Below are positions 24,990 to 34,277 of a stretch of 36,927 bases of DNA, one piece after another. The notes under the pieces were generated by a model that was not told the origin of the DNA, did no database searches, and worked only from the letters and a program-made list of their open reading frames with translations. The translations under genes and the position numbers were made by a program. Source of the DNA: an uncultured candidate division WWE3 bacterium. GTDB lineage: Bacteria; Patescibacteriota; WWE3; UBA101185; UBA10185. The stretch is taken from the NCBI GenBank assembly GCA_965603395.1, contig CBFDCV010000003.1:1-36927 (forward strand). Reading direction: 5' to 3'. Numbering within the stretch: position 1 is the stretch's first letter; each line of letters begins with the position of its first letter.

Positions 24990-27900
24990 TTATTCTTTTG
25001 AAACTTCAACATCCTCTTCCCCTTCTTCTTCGACTTCCTCCTTTTCCAGACCACTCAAAGTGGGAATTAGCCTTCCTATAATAACATTTTCCTTGAGCCC
25101 TCGTAACTGGTCGACTTTACCCGAAGCCGCTGCGTCTGTCAATACATTACTGGTCTGAATAAATGATGCAGCCGCCAAGAAGCTGTCGCTTACCAATGAA
25201 GATTTGGTTATGCCTAGTAAATATAGTTCTGCTACAGCCGGCTCGCCGCCCTCAGCTAATACTTTCTCATTTTCTTCGACAAAACTATCTTTAGATACTT
25301 TTTCATCTACTAAAAACTCGGTATCGCCGCTTTCATTTATTCGAACATTCTTAAACATCTGCTTAACAATAACCTCTACATGCTTATCATTTAAATTAAC
25401 TCCTTGTGAAGCATAGACATTCTGAATTTCATCAATGATATATCTTTGAGTTTCCTGCACACCGGCTACACTTAATAAATCCCGTAGATCAATATGACCT
25501 GCAGTAAGTTTGTCACCTTTTTTAACCTTAGCTTCATCTTCAACCACAATTTCGGCTAGAGGATCTACCAGGTATTCGTTGATGGTATCCTGACCTGTAA
25601 CATCCACACCCCTCACTAAAATGGTTCTCTCATCACCTGATTTCTGGATCCTTACAGTGCCGTCCAACTCACTCATCAAGGCCAAAGCTTTAGGAGTTCT
25701 GGCCTCCACCAATTCTTCTACTCTAGGCAGACCTTGGGTAATGTCTTTCCCCGCCACACCACCGGTATGAAAAGTTCTCATAGTTAGCTGTGTACCCGGT
25801 TCTCCAATTGACTGAGCCGCAGCCACACCAACAGCTGTTCCTATCATAACTTCTTTATTACTCATGAGATCTAAGCCATAACATCTCTGGCAGATTCCTC
25901 TTCTTCCCTCGCACCTCAGGGGGGATCTGATCATCACTACCTCTGCCCCGGACTTTTCAATGGCCTCAGCAGTTTCCTCATCTATTAAAGTTCCTGCCCT
26001 AGCGATAATCTTCTTTTTCACTTTAACTTTTTCTGCCAAATATCTACCGATAATTCTTGTCGAAAATCCTGCCAGCATTGTTCCTTGCCCCACTTTCATC
26101 TTTCGACTATTTTCTGTACCGCAGTCTTTCTCTTTTACAATAACCTCTTGTGATACATCTACCAACCTTCTAGTTAAATATCCTGCATCGGCGGTCTTTA
26201 GCCCTTTATCTACCAACCCTTTTCTAGCTCCACGGGCCTTTACAAAATACTCTAATCCGGTTAAACCGATCTTATAGTTACCTAATATTGGTACCAAAAC
26301 AGTTTTACCTGTAGGGTCCGCCACCAAGCCAATAATTCCTGCCACTTGGTTAACTTGGCTTCTGGAAGCTCTTGTAGACCCTGATTTAACTAATACTTTC
26401 ACAGGGTTGTCCTCTGACAAGTTTTCCCAAACATCTTCGCTAATTTCGTTCACCACTTTATACCAGGCATCCTCTGTTAATCTCTTAACTTCCTGCTCGG
26501 TTATTAAACCTCTTTTGAAGTTTCTATCAATATCCAGCACCATAGCTCTTCCTCTTTCAACAATCTCCTCTGTGTGTTTTGGCATCTGAATGTCTGACAA
26601 AGCTACTGATTGCCCCGAAATGGTTCCATATTTAAAACCTAAATCCTTTAGATCATCAATTAGTTTTACAACTACCTCATTGTCTTCTGTATCGAATGCT
26701 CTAGTAATAAGGGATGTAATACTTTTTTTATCTATATCATCGTTCAGGTACTCATGGTTTTCAGGAAGTATTCTGTTGAATAAAACTCTACCGGGGCTTG
26801 TTTCTACTATATTCCCGTTAATTCGTACTTTTACTTGTTGTCTCAGATCAACAAGATCATTTACATCCATAGCAAAAATCAGCTCATCTTCATCTGCAAA
26901 AACACCCTCATATGGTTTAAGATCAGTATCTATAGTTGTCATGTAATAAATACCAAAAAGCATGATCTTAGTAGGAATAGACATAGGAGATCCATTTGAA
27001 GGATTAAGTAGGTTTGCGGTAGATATTAGTAATTTCTTGGCTTCTTCTACTGCTTTTTTAGATAAAGGAACATGTACTGCCATCTGATCGCCGTCAAAAT
27101 CAGCATTAAAACCAGAACATACACATAAGTGTAGCCTGATCGAATTTCCTTCGATCAATTTTGGATAAAATGCCTGAATACCTAATCTCCATAAAGTAGG
27201 TGCCCTATTTAACAGCACCGGATGATCTTTTACGGTTTCTTCCAAAATATCCCAAACCTCAGGGCTTCTTTGTTCCAAATAAAATTTTGCGCTTTTAACG
27301 TTCGGTGCATACCCTCTAGCTAATACTTCTTTTAATACATAAGGCTTGAATAACTCTAAAGCCATTTCTTTGGGAATACCGCATGAATTAAGTTTCAATT
27401 TTGGACCATTAATAATAACCCCTCTACCTGAATAGTCGACTCTTTTTCCTAAAAGATTTAACCTGAAAGTTCCCTGCTTACCTTTAATCATGTCAGCTAG
27501 AGATCTTAACTCCTTCTTACCCCTAGAAATTCTGGCTCTTTGTCTTTGCTTAGATGAGTCGAACAAAGCGTCCACAGATTCCTGTAACATCCTCTTTTCA
27601 TTTCTTACAATAATTTCCGGCGCACCTAGATCTAGTAATCTTTTCAGCCTATTATTTCTATTGATTACTCTTCTGTATAAGTCATTTAGGTCTGATGTGG
27701 CAAATCTTCCGCCCTCCAACTGCACCATTGGCCTCAGATCTGGAGGTGTAACCGGCAGTACTTCAACGATCATGTTACTAGGAGGAATACTCGCTCTTCT
27801 AAATTGCTCGATGACTTTTAGCCTTTTAGAGATTTTAATAGCTTTTTGTCCCTTGGAATTTTCAAGCTCCTCTCTTAAATCTACAGAAAGCTGGTTTAAA

Positions 27901-28712
27901 TCCATCTCCTCTAAAATGCCTTGTAGAGCTTGAGCGCCTATGTCCAGTTTGCAGAATGGTTCTATATAGTTATACAAACTTAGGTATTCATTTTCAGATA
28001 AAATAGTATGTAGTTTGATGCTTTCAACCTTCTTTTGGATCATTTTGAAAGTGCTTTCCTGCTCAGTCATTTTTTCCTCATAAGTGTTTCTAACAGTCTG
28101 CACTTTCTGTTTTAGGTCGAACTCCTTTTCCTGAGCTTTTAATTCGTCTCCCTTATCAACTTTTTGTTTTTTAAATTCCTTTTCAACTTCTTTAACATTA
28201 TCTTCCATCTCTTTTTCTAAAATGAGCTTGGCTTTTTCCAGATCTTTTTCAACCTTGCTTATGGATTGAGCTTTTTTATCGTGATTGATATCAGTAATAA
28301 TAAAGGCTGAGAAATATATGACCGATTCCACATTTCTAGGAGTTAGATTTAGCATTAATGCCATCTTGGAAGGAATCCCCCTAAAAAACCAAACATGAGC
28401 TACAGGGGAAGCTAGTTTAATATGCCCCATACGTTCTCTTCTTACTCTGGATGATGTAACCTGCACACCGCACTTATCGCAAATTACGTCTCTGTACCTT
28501 ATACCTTTGTACTTACCGCAGTAGCATTCATAGTTCTTAACCGGACCAAATATTCTTTCATCAAACAGGCCTTCTCTTTCAGACTTGAAGGTTCTATAGT
28601 TTATAGTTTCCGGCTTTGTGACCTCGCCATGAGACCAGGATAGTATTTCCTTACTATCTGCTAAATATATTCGGATGGCTTCAAACTTTTTTAAATCAGT
28701 AAGATTTTTCAC
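24990..28712 (-). CDS. rpoC: RNA polymerase beta' subunit
   Basis: Zn ribbon CYCGKY...[35 protein letters not shown] and GLKENVIIG motifs. GTG start in a GTGA overlap with rpoB. Confidence 0.98.
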   Translation of the reverse strand: MKNLTDLKKFEAIRIYLADSKEILSWSHGEVTKPETINYRTFKSEREGLFDERIFGPVKNYECYCGKYKGIRYRDVICDKCGVQVTSSRVRRERMGHIKLASPVAHVWFFRGIPSKMALMLNLTPRNVESVIYFSAFIITDINHDKKAQSISKVEKDLEKAKLILEKEMEDNVKEVEKEFKKQKVDKGDELKAQEKEFDLKQKVQTVRNTYEEKMTEQESTFKMIQKKVESIKLHTILSENEYLSLYNYIEPFCKLDIGAQALQGILEEMDLNQLSVDLREELENSKGQKAIKISKRLKVIEQFRRASIPPSNMIVEVLPVTPPDLRPMVQLEGGRFATSDLNDLYRRVINRNNRLKRLLDLGAPEIIVRNEKRMLQESVDALFDSSKQRQRARISRGKKELRSLADMIKGKQGTFRLNLLGKRVDYSGRGVIINGPKLKLNSCGIPKEMALELFKPYVLKEVLARGYAPNVKSAKFYLEQRSPEVWDILEETVKDHPVLLNRAPTLWRLGIQAFYPKLIEGNSIRLHLCVCSGFNADFDGDQMAVHVPLSKKAVEEAKKLLISTANLLNPSNGSPMSIPTKIMLFGIYYMTTIDTDLKPYEGVFADEDELIFAMDVNDLVDLRQQVKVRINGNIVETSPGRVLFNRILPENHEYLNDDIDKKSITSLITRAFDTEDNEVVVKLIDDLKDLGFKYGTISGQSVALSDIQMPKHTEEIVERGRAMVLDIDRNFKRGLITEQEVKRLTEDAWYKVVNEISEDVWENLSEDNPVKVLVKSGSTRASRSQVNQVAGIIGLVADPTGKTVLVPILGNYKIGLTGLEYFVKARGARKGLVDKGLKTADAGYLTRRLVDVSQEVIVKEKDCGTENSRKMKVGQGTMLAGFSTRIIGRYLAEKVKVKKKIIARAGTLIDEETAEAIEKSGAEVVMIRSPLRCEGRRGICQRCYGLDLMSNKEVMIGTAVGVAAAQSIGEPGTQLTMRTFHTGGVAGKDITQGLPRVEELVEARTPKALALMSELDGTVRIQKSGDERTILVRGVDVTGQDTINEYLVDPLAEIVVEDEAKVKKGDKLTAGHIDLRDLLSVAGVQETQRYIIDEIQNVYASQGVNLNDKHVEVIVKQMFKNVRINESGDTEFLVDEKVSKDSFVEENEKVLAEGGEPAVAELYLLGITKSSLVSDSFLAAASFIQTSNVLTDAAASGKVDQLRGLKENVIIGRLIPTLSGLEKEEVEEEGEEDVEVSKE

Positions 28713-31700
28713 TTTTCTTTTTTCTGAGTTTCCTCAGTCACTTCCTTAACTTGATCTCCCTCTTCAATTTTTCCTTTGTCGGAAAAGATTGCTTCTACTA
28801 CTTCTTCGCTAATTTCTGCCGGATCTTTTATATCCAATTTCTCATCCTCCGGCGCTAGCGCCTCTAAACCGATACCAAGTCCATTAAGCTGCCTTACTAA
28901 TAGCTTAAAGGTTTCGGGCACTGTTGGTTCCGGAATTTCATTTCCTTGGATAATAGCGCTGTAAGCCTGGGTTCTGCCTACTAGATCATCTGATTTTATG
29001 GTAAGCATTTCATTTAGTACATGCGCCGCACCATAAGCTTCTAAAGCCCAAACCTCCATTTCCCCGAATCTTTGACCGCCAAACTGAGCTTTACCGCCCA
29101 ATGGTTGCTGTGTAATTAGCGAATATGGTCCGGTAGATCTGGCGTGCATTTTTTCTTCACTCATATGCACAAGTTTTAATAAATAAGTATCTCCGACAAT
29201 AATCTCATCATCAAAAGGTTTACCGGTCCTACCATCAATTAACAATAATTTTCCACTCTTGGGAAATCCGGCTTTAACCAATTCTTTTTCTATGTCTTCC
29301 TCCGGTATAGATTGTAACAATGGTACTTCGTACTTTATACCCAACTTCTCACCAGCCATGCCCAAAGAAGCTTCTAATATCTGACCTACGTTCATTCTTT
29401 TTAACACCGCTTCTGAAGAAAAAACCACATCTATAGCTGTGCCATCCTCTAACATCGGCATATCTATTTCAGGTACGATTGCTGATATAACACCTTTGTT
29501 TCCGTGCCTACCTGCTAATTTATCCCCCATTTCAATCTTTTTCATTTGAGCTACGTATACGGTTATTTCCTCGATAGTTCCGGCAGGGAGATCCTCATTC
29601 TCTTCTTTGGTTACTCTCTTAACACCTATAACCACACCGTGCTGACCATGGGGCATATATAAAGAGTTGTCTCTAACGTCTTTCGCTTTCTCACCAAAGA
29701 TTGCCCTCAATAATCTTTCTTCTGCTGATAACTCAGCCTCGCCTTTTGGTGCAACCTTACCTACTAATATATCTCCTGAATTTACTTTTGAACCTACAGC
29801 CACCACTCCTTCTTCATCTAAATTTCTTAATGCTTCTTCTGAAACATTAGGAATGTCGCCGGTGATCTCTTCCGGACCAAGTTTAGTTTCTAGAACAGGA
29901 ATAGCATGATCGGAAATATGAATTGAAGTCAGAATGTCGTCTTTAACCAAACGGTCGGATATTACAATACCATCCTCAAATTCGTACCCTTCCCAAATCA
30001 TATAAGCTACTTTTACATTGGTACCAATAGCTATGTCCCCATCTTCCGCTGACGGTCCCTCGATCAAAACATCTCCCTTTTTGACTTTGTCTCCAACGGT
30101 TACTCTCACATATTGGTTAAAACAGGTCTTTGTATTGGATTGCTGGAATTTTATAGCTTTATAAGTAGCTTTACCGGCTTTACTATATTTAACCTCCACC
30201 CTATTGGCGTCTGCATAGGTTATCTCGCCACTGTCTTCAGCTACTGTTACTGCGTTTGAGTTTAAAGCAATTTCTTTTTCTATACCGGTTCCTACTATAG
30301 GAGCTTCCGGCTTTATTAACGGTACGGATTGGGACATCTGCTGAGTTCCCATTAGCGCCCTAGCAACGTCATTATTTTGTAAGAAGGGTATTAAACCAGC
30401 ACTAATACCAACAATTTGACTTGGTATGACCTCAATATATTGAGCTAAGGCTGGGTCCCCTAATATGAAGTTCCCGGCTTTTCTAAGAGGTACTTGGCTC
30501 TCTAAAATGTAGTTTTTATCATCAATTTTTACTGATGCGTCTGTAATAAATACTTGCTCTTCTTCATAGGCAGCAAGGTAAACTAGATCATCAGTAACTT
30601 TTATTTTGCCCGACTCTTCCTTTTCCAATCTTAAATACGGTGTTTCCAAAAATCCATATTTATTTACCCTAGCATACATTGACAAATAATTAATTAGACC
30701 AATGTTTGGTCCTTCCGGAGTTCTGACCGGACAAATTCTCCCAAACGATGAATAGTGAACGTCTCTCACTGCCATACTAGCTCTTTCCTTTGTTAATCCT
30801 CCAGGACCCAACACCGACAATCTCCTAAGATGCGCTAAAGAAGTTAGAGGGTTTTGCTGATCTTGAAACTGGGATAATTGTCCTGTGGCAAAAAAGCTAT
30901 GAATGCTTGCCGCTACTGCTCTGGGACTGATCAATACGCCTGGCATGGGAAGCTCTTCCCTGGCCTGCATGGTCATCCTTTCTTTAATGTTCTTTTCCAT
31001 TCTCAAAAAACCGATTCTCATCTGCCACTGTAATAGTTCTCCCACCCTCTTCACCCTTCTGTTGGAAAGGTTGTCTACGTCACTTACTTTACCTAAACCG
31101 TTATTTAGTTCAATAATTCTTTTAACTATGGTAATAAGATCTTCCAATTGTAGTAATCTGAAATCCGGTGTATTAGGAAAATCGTGACCTAACTCCTGGT
31201 TAAGTTTAAATCTACCAACCTTACCTAAACTGTATCTTCTAGGGTTGAAAAATAGTGCGTTTACATATGACTTTGCATTATCCAATACTAAGGGCTCTCC
31301 CGGTCTTTGCTTTCTATAAACTTCCAGGCATGCTTCGTCAAAACCGTTGGAAGGATCTTTAGCCAGTGTGCTTTCTGTATAGTTAATTTCAGGGTTTGTT
31401 TCTACAGCTTCAAAAGCGCTTCTTATGTCATCATCGGTTTCTAGACCAAAAATCCTTAGCAAAGTGGTGATAGTCATCTTCCTTTTTCTATCGATTTTAA
31501 CGTTAATGACACCGCTTCTGGAAGTTTCAATTTCTAACCAAGCTCCGTTTTTAGGTAGTACTTTAGCCCCTCCTAATAGTTGTCCCGTAACGGGAGATGT
31601 ATCCCCTGTAAAAAGTACACCTTCAGACCTTATGAGTTGGTTAATGATAACCCTTTCAACGCCATTAATAATAAAAGTCCCCCATGATGTCATAAGGGGG

Positions 31701-32014
31701 ATATCGCCCATGTAGATCTTTTGCTCTTTTTTCTTCTTTTCGATGGTATCTTCTAAAGTAGCCTTTAAATACCAGGAGGCCTCATAAGTCCTGCCGGCGT
31801 GAATAGCTTCATCTACAGTTAAATTTTCCTTTTCGATTTCAGGATTCGATAGTTTTAAAACCCAGCCTCTGCCTGAATAGTCCTCTATGACGCCTAATTC
31901 GTTTAAGATCTCGTTAATTCCGTCTTTTAACAACCAGTCGTACGCCTCCAGCTGCACATCCATCAGGTTAGGCAAGGCTAATTCTCTTTTTAGTTTCGAA
32001 AATGATTGTCGCAT
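28709..32014 (-). CDS. rpoB: RNA polymerase beta subunit
   Basis: GTFIINGVERV, QLSQF, TPEGPNIGL, GDKLAGRHGNKGV, HARSTGPY and GGQRFGEME motifs. Confidence 0.98.
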   Translation of the reverse strand: MRQSFSKLKRELALPNLMDVQLEAYDWLLKDGINEILNELGVIEDYSGRGWVLKLSNPEIEKENLTVDEAIHAGRTYEASWYLKATLEDTIEKKKKEQKIYMGDIPLMTSWGTFIINGVERVIINQLIRSEGVLFTGDTSPVTGQLLGGAKVLPKNGAWLEIETSRSGVINVKIDRKRKMTITTLLRIFGLETDDDIRSAFEAVETNPEINYTESTLAKDPSNGFDEACLEVYRKQRPGEPLVLDNAKSYVNALFFNPRRYSLGKVGRFKLNQELGHDFPNTPDFRLLQLEDLITIVKRIIELNNGLGKVSDVDNLSNRRVKRVGELLQWQMRIGFLRMEKNIKERMTMQAREELPMPGVLISPRAVAASIHSFFATGQLSQFQDQQNPLTSLAHLRRLSVLGPGGLTKERASMAVRDVHYSSFGRICPVRTPEGPNIGLINYLSMYARVNKYGFLETPYLRLEKEESGKIKVTDDLVYLAAYEEEQVFITDASVKIDDKNYILESQVPLRKAGNFILGDPALAQYIEVIPSQIVGISAGLIPFLQNNDVARALMGTQQMSQSVPLIKPEAPIVGTGIEKEIALNSNAVTVAEDSGEITYADANRVEVKYSKAGKATYKAIKFQQSNTKTCFNQYVRVTVGDKVKKGDVLIEGPSAEDGDIAIGTNVKVAYMIWEGYEFEDGIVISDRLVKDDILTSIHISDHAIPVLETKLGPEEITGDIPNVSEEALRNLDEEGVVAVGSKVNSGDILVGKVAPKGEAELSAEERLLRAIFGEKAKDVRDNSLYMPHGQHGVVIGVKRVTKEENEDLPAGTIEEITVYVAQMKKIEMGDKLAGRHGNKGVISAIVPEIDMPMLEDGTAIDVVFSSEAVLKRMNVGQILEASLGMAGEKLGIKYEVPLLQSIPEEDIEKELVKAGFPKSGKLLLIDGRTGKPFDDEIIVGDTYLLKLVHMSEEKMHARSTGPYSLITQQPLGGKAQFGGQRFGEMEVWALEAYGAAHVLNEMLTIKSDDLVGRTQAYSAIIQGNEIPEPTVPETFKLLVRQLNGLGIGLEALAPEDEKLDIKDPAEISEEVVEAIFSDKGKIEEGDQVKEVTEETQKKEK

Positions 32015-32077
32015 GGGCTACAATAAATAAAAATAGCACTTTTTGCCCATTAATTCAATAACAGGCGAACGTTGTGT

Positions 32078-32106
32078 AAATTATCATATCAAAATATAGA
32101 TGTCAA
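32078..32106 (-). promoter_or_regulatory. Candidate sigma70 promoter for rpoBC
   Basis: TTGACA-17 nt-TAATTT, with an overlapping alternative extended -10 TGATATGAT at 32083-32091. Confidence 0.5.
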
Positions 32107-32127
32107 TAGTTTATAGTGTTGATTTTT

Positions 32128-32670
32128 TTAGTCTATATAACCTACCTCGGAAAGCGGCCAGAATCGAAAAACAACCCTGCCTACTATACGTTCTTTGGTG
32201 ATAAAACCAAATGACCTAGAGTCCGCAGATCTTGGTCTATTATCTCCTAGTACCAAATACTCGTTTTCCTCTAGCTTAAAGGATCTCCCCTCAGCTAGCT
32301 TGCCTCCTGCAGCCGTACAAGTGTCCTCAGAGAGATAGGGCTCTTCTAACTTATATTTTTGCCCATCCCTATTTATATAAACCTTGCAGTTGTAAATCTT
32401 AATAATATCATCGGGCACAGCTATCACTCTTTTAATGAAATCAACATTATTGTTGTTTGGCGGATGCAGTACTACAATCTCTCCCGTCTGGTATTCCTTA
32501 AAGTATTTTGTGACCTTCTCAACTAGTATTCTTTCACCGCTGTAAAAGTTTGGTTCCATGCTCGCACCTTGCACTTGTTCGGGAATGGCAATGGTAGTAT
32601 AAATAATAAATATTACTACTATGCTGGACAACACAGTTTCTATCAATTCCAAAATGAGGATTTTCTTCAT
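32128..32670 (-). CDS. lepB: Signal peptidase I
   Basis: N-terminal TM, GASMEP (catalytic Ser), FIKRVI (catalytic Lys) and LGDNR..SADSR.FG. Confidence 0.95.
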   Translation of the reverse strand: MKKILILELIETVLSSIVVIFIIYTTIAIPEQVQGASMEPNFYSGERILVEKVTKYFKEYQTGEIVVLHPPNNNNVDFIKRVIAVPDDIIKIYNCKVYINRDGQKYKLEEPYLSEDTCTAAGGKLAEGRSFKLEENEYLVLGDNRPRSADSRSFGFITKERIVGRVVFRFWPLSEVGYID

Positions 32671-32696
32671 AGTGGTATCATAATAACATTACATAT
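32671..32696. promoter_or_regulatory. 26-bp divergent promoter region shared by lepB and the TMTC-like gene
   Basis: Minus strand: TATGAT 6 nt before the lepB ATG, plus TGTTATTAT. Plus strand: TGGTATCAT at 32673-32681. Confidence 0.5.
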
Positions 32697-34277
32697 ATGA
32701 AGCAAGTAGCTTTAAAAATTAAAAACTTTAAGGACATCTCAAAGGTAATTAAGGCTAATATACCGCTGTTTTTTATTATTACACTTGTGGTTTTTACTGT
32801 GTTTATAGGCGGGATAAAAGGTGAGTTTGTTTCAGACGACGTACCGGGCATTGTAAGAGAGCCAAAGGTACACGACATTAACGAAGCCGTTAGTACATAC
32901 AATCTCCAGATTATAATTTACGCCATCATTTACAATATTTTTGGTCTAAATCCGGTACCCTTTCATGCATTCTCCATAATGCTACATATTGTGAACGTAT
33001 TTCTTTTTTTCTTGATAATCTACAACATCTTCAACAAAAAAGTTGCTGCTATATCGAGCCTCTTATATTCAGTTCATTCAGTAAATGCGGAAACGGTTAA
33101 CTGGATATCTGCGGCTAACTATTTGCTTTCAAATTTTTCCCTATACATAAGTATTATTCTGTACCTTATGTATAAAAAGACTAAAGATAAGAGGTTGCTA
33201 ATCGCATTGTTTGGTTTTTATATTCTTGTTTCAATCATTCTTCCAAGTTATTGGGTACTAATTATCCCATTTATCGTAGCGGGAATAGATTTTTTCCTTC
33301 TAGAACGTAACTACAATTTCAAATCTCTGCTCTATATAATTCCACTTTTTGTAATTGGAGTTATCTCCTTTTTTGTGGTACGCGAGAATGCCATAGTCAC
33401 AGAAAGAGTAGCCAGGCTAAACACGGCAGATTCCACCCCCTATATAAACAGAATTCCTTTTTCCGTCTATAACAATGCGGAGCTGTTGGTATTTCCCAAT
33501 AAGCTCACTATTTACCATGAGGGCGAGCCTCTTACTAAAGTTAAATACAGAATTATGATAGCTTTTACACTTGTCTTAGTTGCTACAACAACATATTTGT
33601 GGTTTAACAAAAAAACGCGCTTGATAGGAGGCATGATCATCCTCATGTTTATCACTATATTACCTGTTTTTAGTCCCGTACTGGTAGCGTGGATGGTGGC
33701 TGAACGGTATTTGTACTTCACGGTAGGCCTATTTACAACGCTTCTTGCCATGCTGATCTTAAAAATCGATAAGAAATACAAAGGGAAAAACATAGCCATT
33801 TTAATTACGGTTATTTTGTTGGTAGTCTACTCGGGAAGAACTTTTGCACGAACTTTAGATTGGAGAACCAGAAAAAGTTTGTGGTTGTCTGCCGAGAAAA
33901 AGGGCCCTTTTAGTGCACGTGCCCACAACAACCTAGGAGATGTGTATGGCGTAGAGGGAAACTGGGAAAAATCTATCTGGCATTTTAAAAGAGCTATAGA
34001 GATTAACCCCTTCTATAGTGAGGCTTTCCATAATCTAGGCAACACCCTCATGCAGCTGGGGCAGTATGAGCAGGCAGTAATACTGCTTCAAAGATCTTTG
34101 GAAATAAACCCTGCGCTCCACCAATCCATGCATAAGCTTGGATTAATAGAATATCAATTGGGCAACACTGATAGGGCTATGGAATATTTTGTTAAAACTA
34201 TAGAGATAGAACCAAACTACTTGCCGGCCATCCAGTCTATCCAAGCCTTACAAACTTTGCAGCAAAGAAGCCAGTAA
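32697..34277 (+). CDS. TMTC-like membrane glycosyltransferase (GT-C) with C-terminal TPR repeats
   Basis: Polytopic N-terminal part with FVSDD, FH..S..LH..N, H...ETV, AERYLY and DW....LW. This is followed by about four TPR repeats (AHNNLG, AFHNLG, INP). Confidence 0.78.
   Translation: MKQVALKIKNFKDISKVIKANIPLFFIITLVVFTVFIGGIKGEFVSDDVPGIVREPKVHDINEAVSTYNLQIIIYAIIYNIFGLNPVPFHAFSIMLHIVNVFLFFLIIYNIFNKKVAAISSLLYSVHSVNAETVNWISAANYLLSNFSLYISIILYLMYKKTKDKRLLIALFGFYILVSIILPSYWVLIIPFIVAGIDFFLLERNYNFKSLLYIIPLFVIGVISFFVVRENAIVTERVARLNTADSTPYINRIPFSVYNNAELLVFPNKLTIYHEGEPLTKVKYRIMIAFTLVLVATTTYLWFNKKTRLIGGMIILMFITILPVFSPVLVAWMVAERYLYFTVGLFTTLLAMLILKIDKKYKGKNIAILITVILLVVYSGRTFARTLDWRTRKSLWLSAEKKGPFSARAHNNLGDVYGVEGNWEKSIWHFKRAIEINPFYSEAFHNLGNTLMQLGQYEQAVILLQRSLEINPALHQSMHKLGLIEYQLGNTDRAMEYFVKTIEIEPNYLPAIQSIQALQTLQQRSQ

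Noticed and set aside
24990-32014. Inteins or introns in rpoB, rpoC or fusA
   Set aside because: Lengths are normal or short, and I saw no intein splice motifs or endonuclease-like inserts.
34237-34277. 41-nt convergent overlap between the TMTC-like and methyltransferase genes
   Set aside because: Short tail-to-tail overlaps are common in compact genomes, and nothing further suggests a function.
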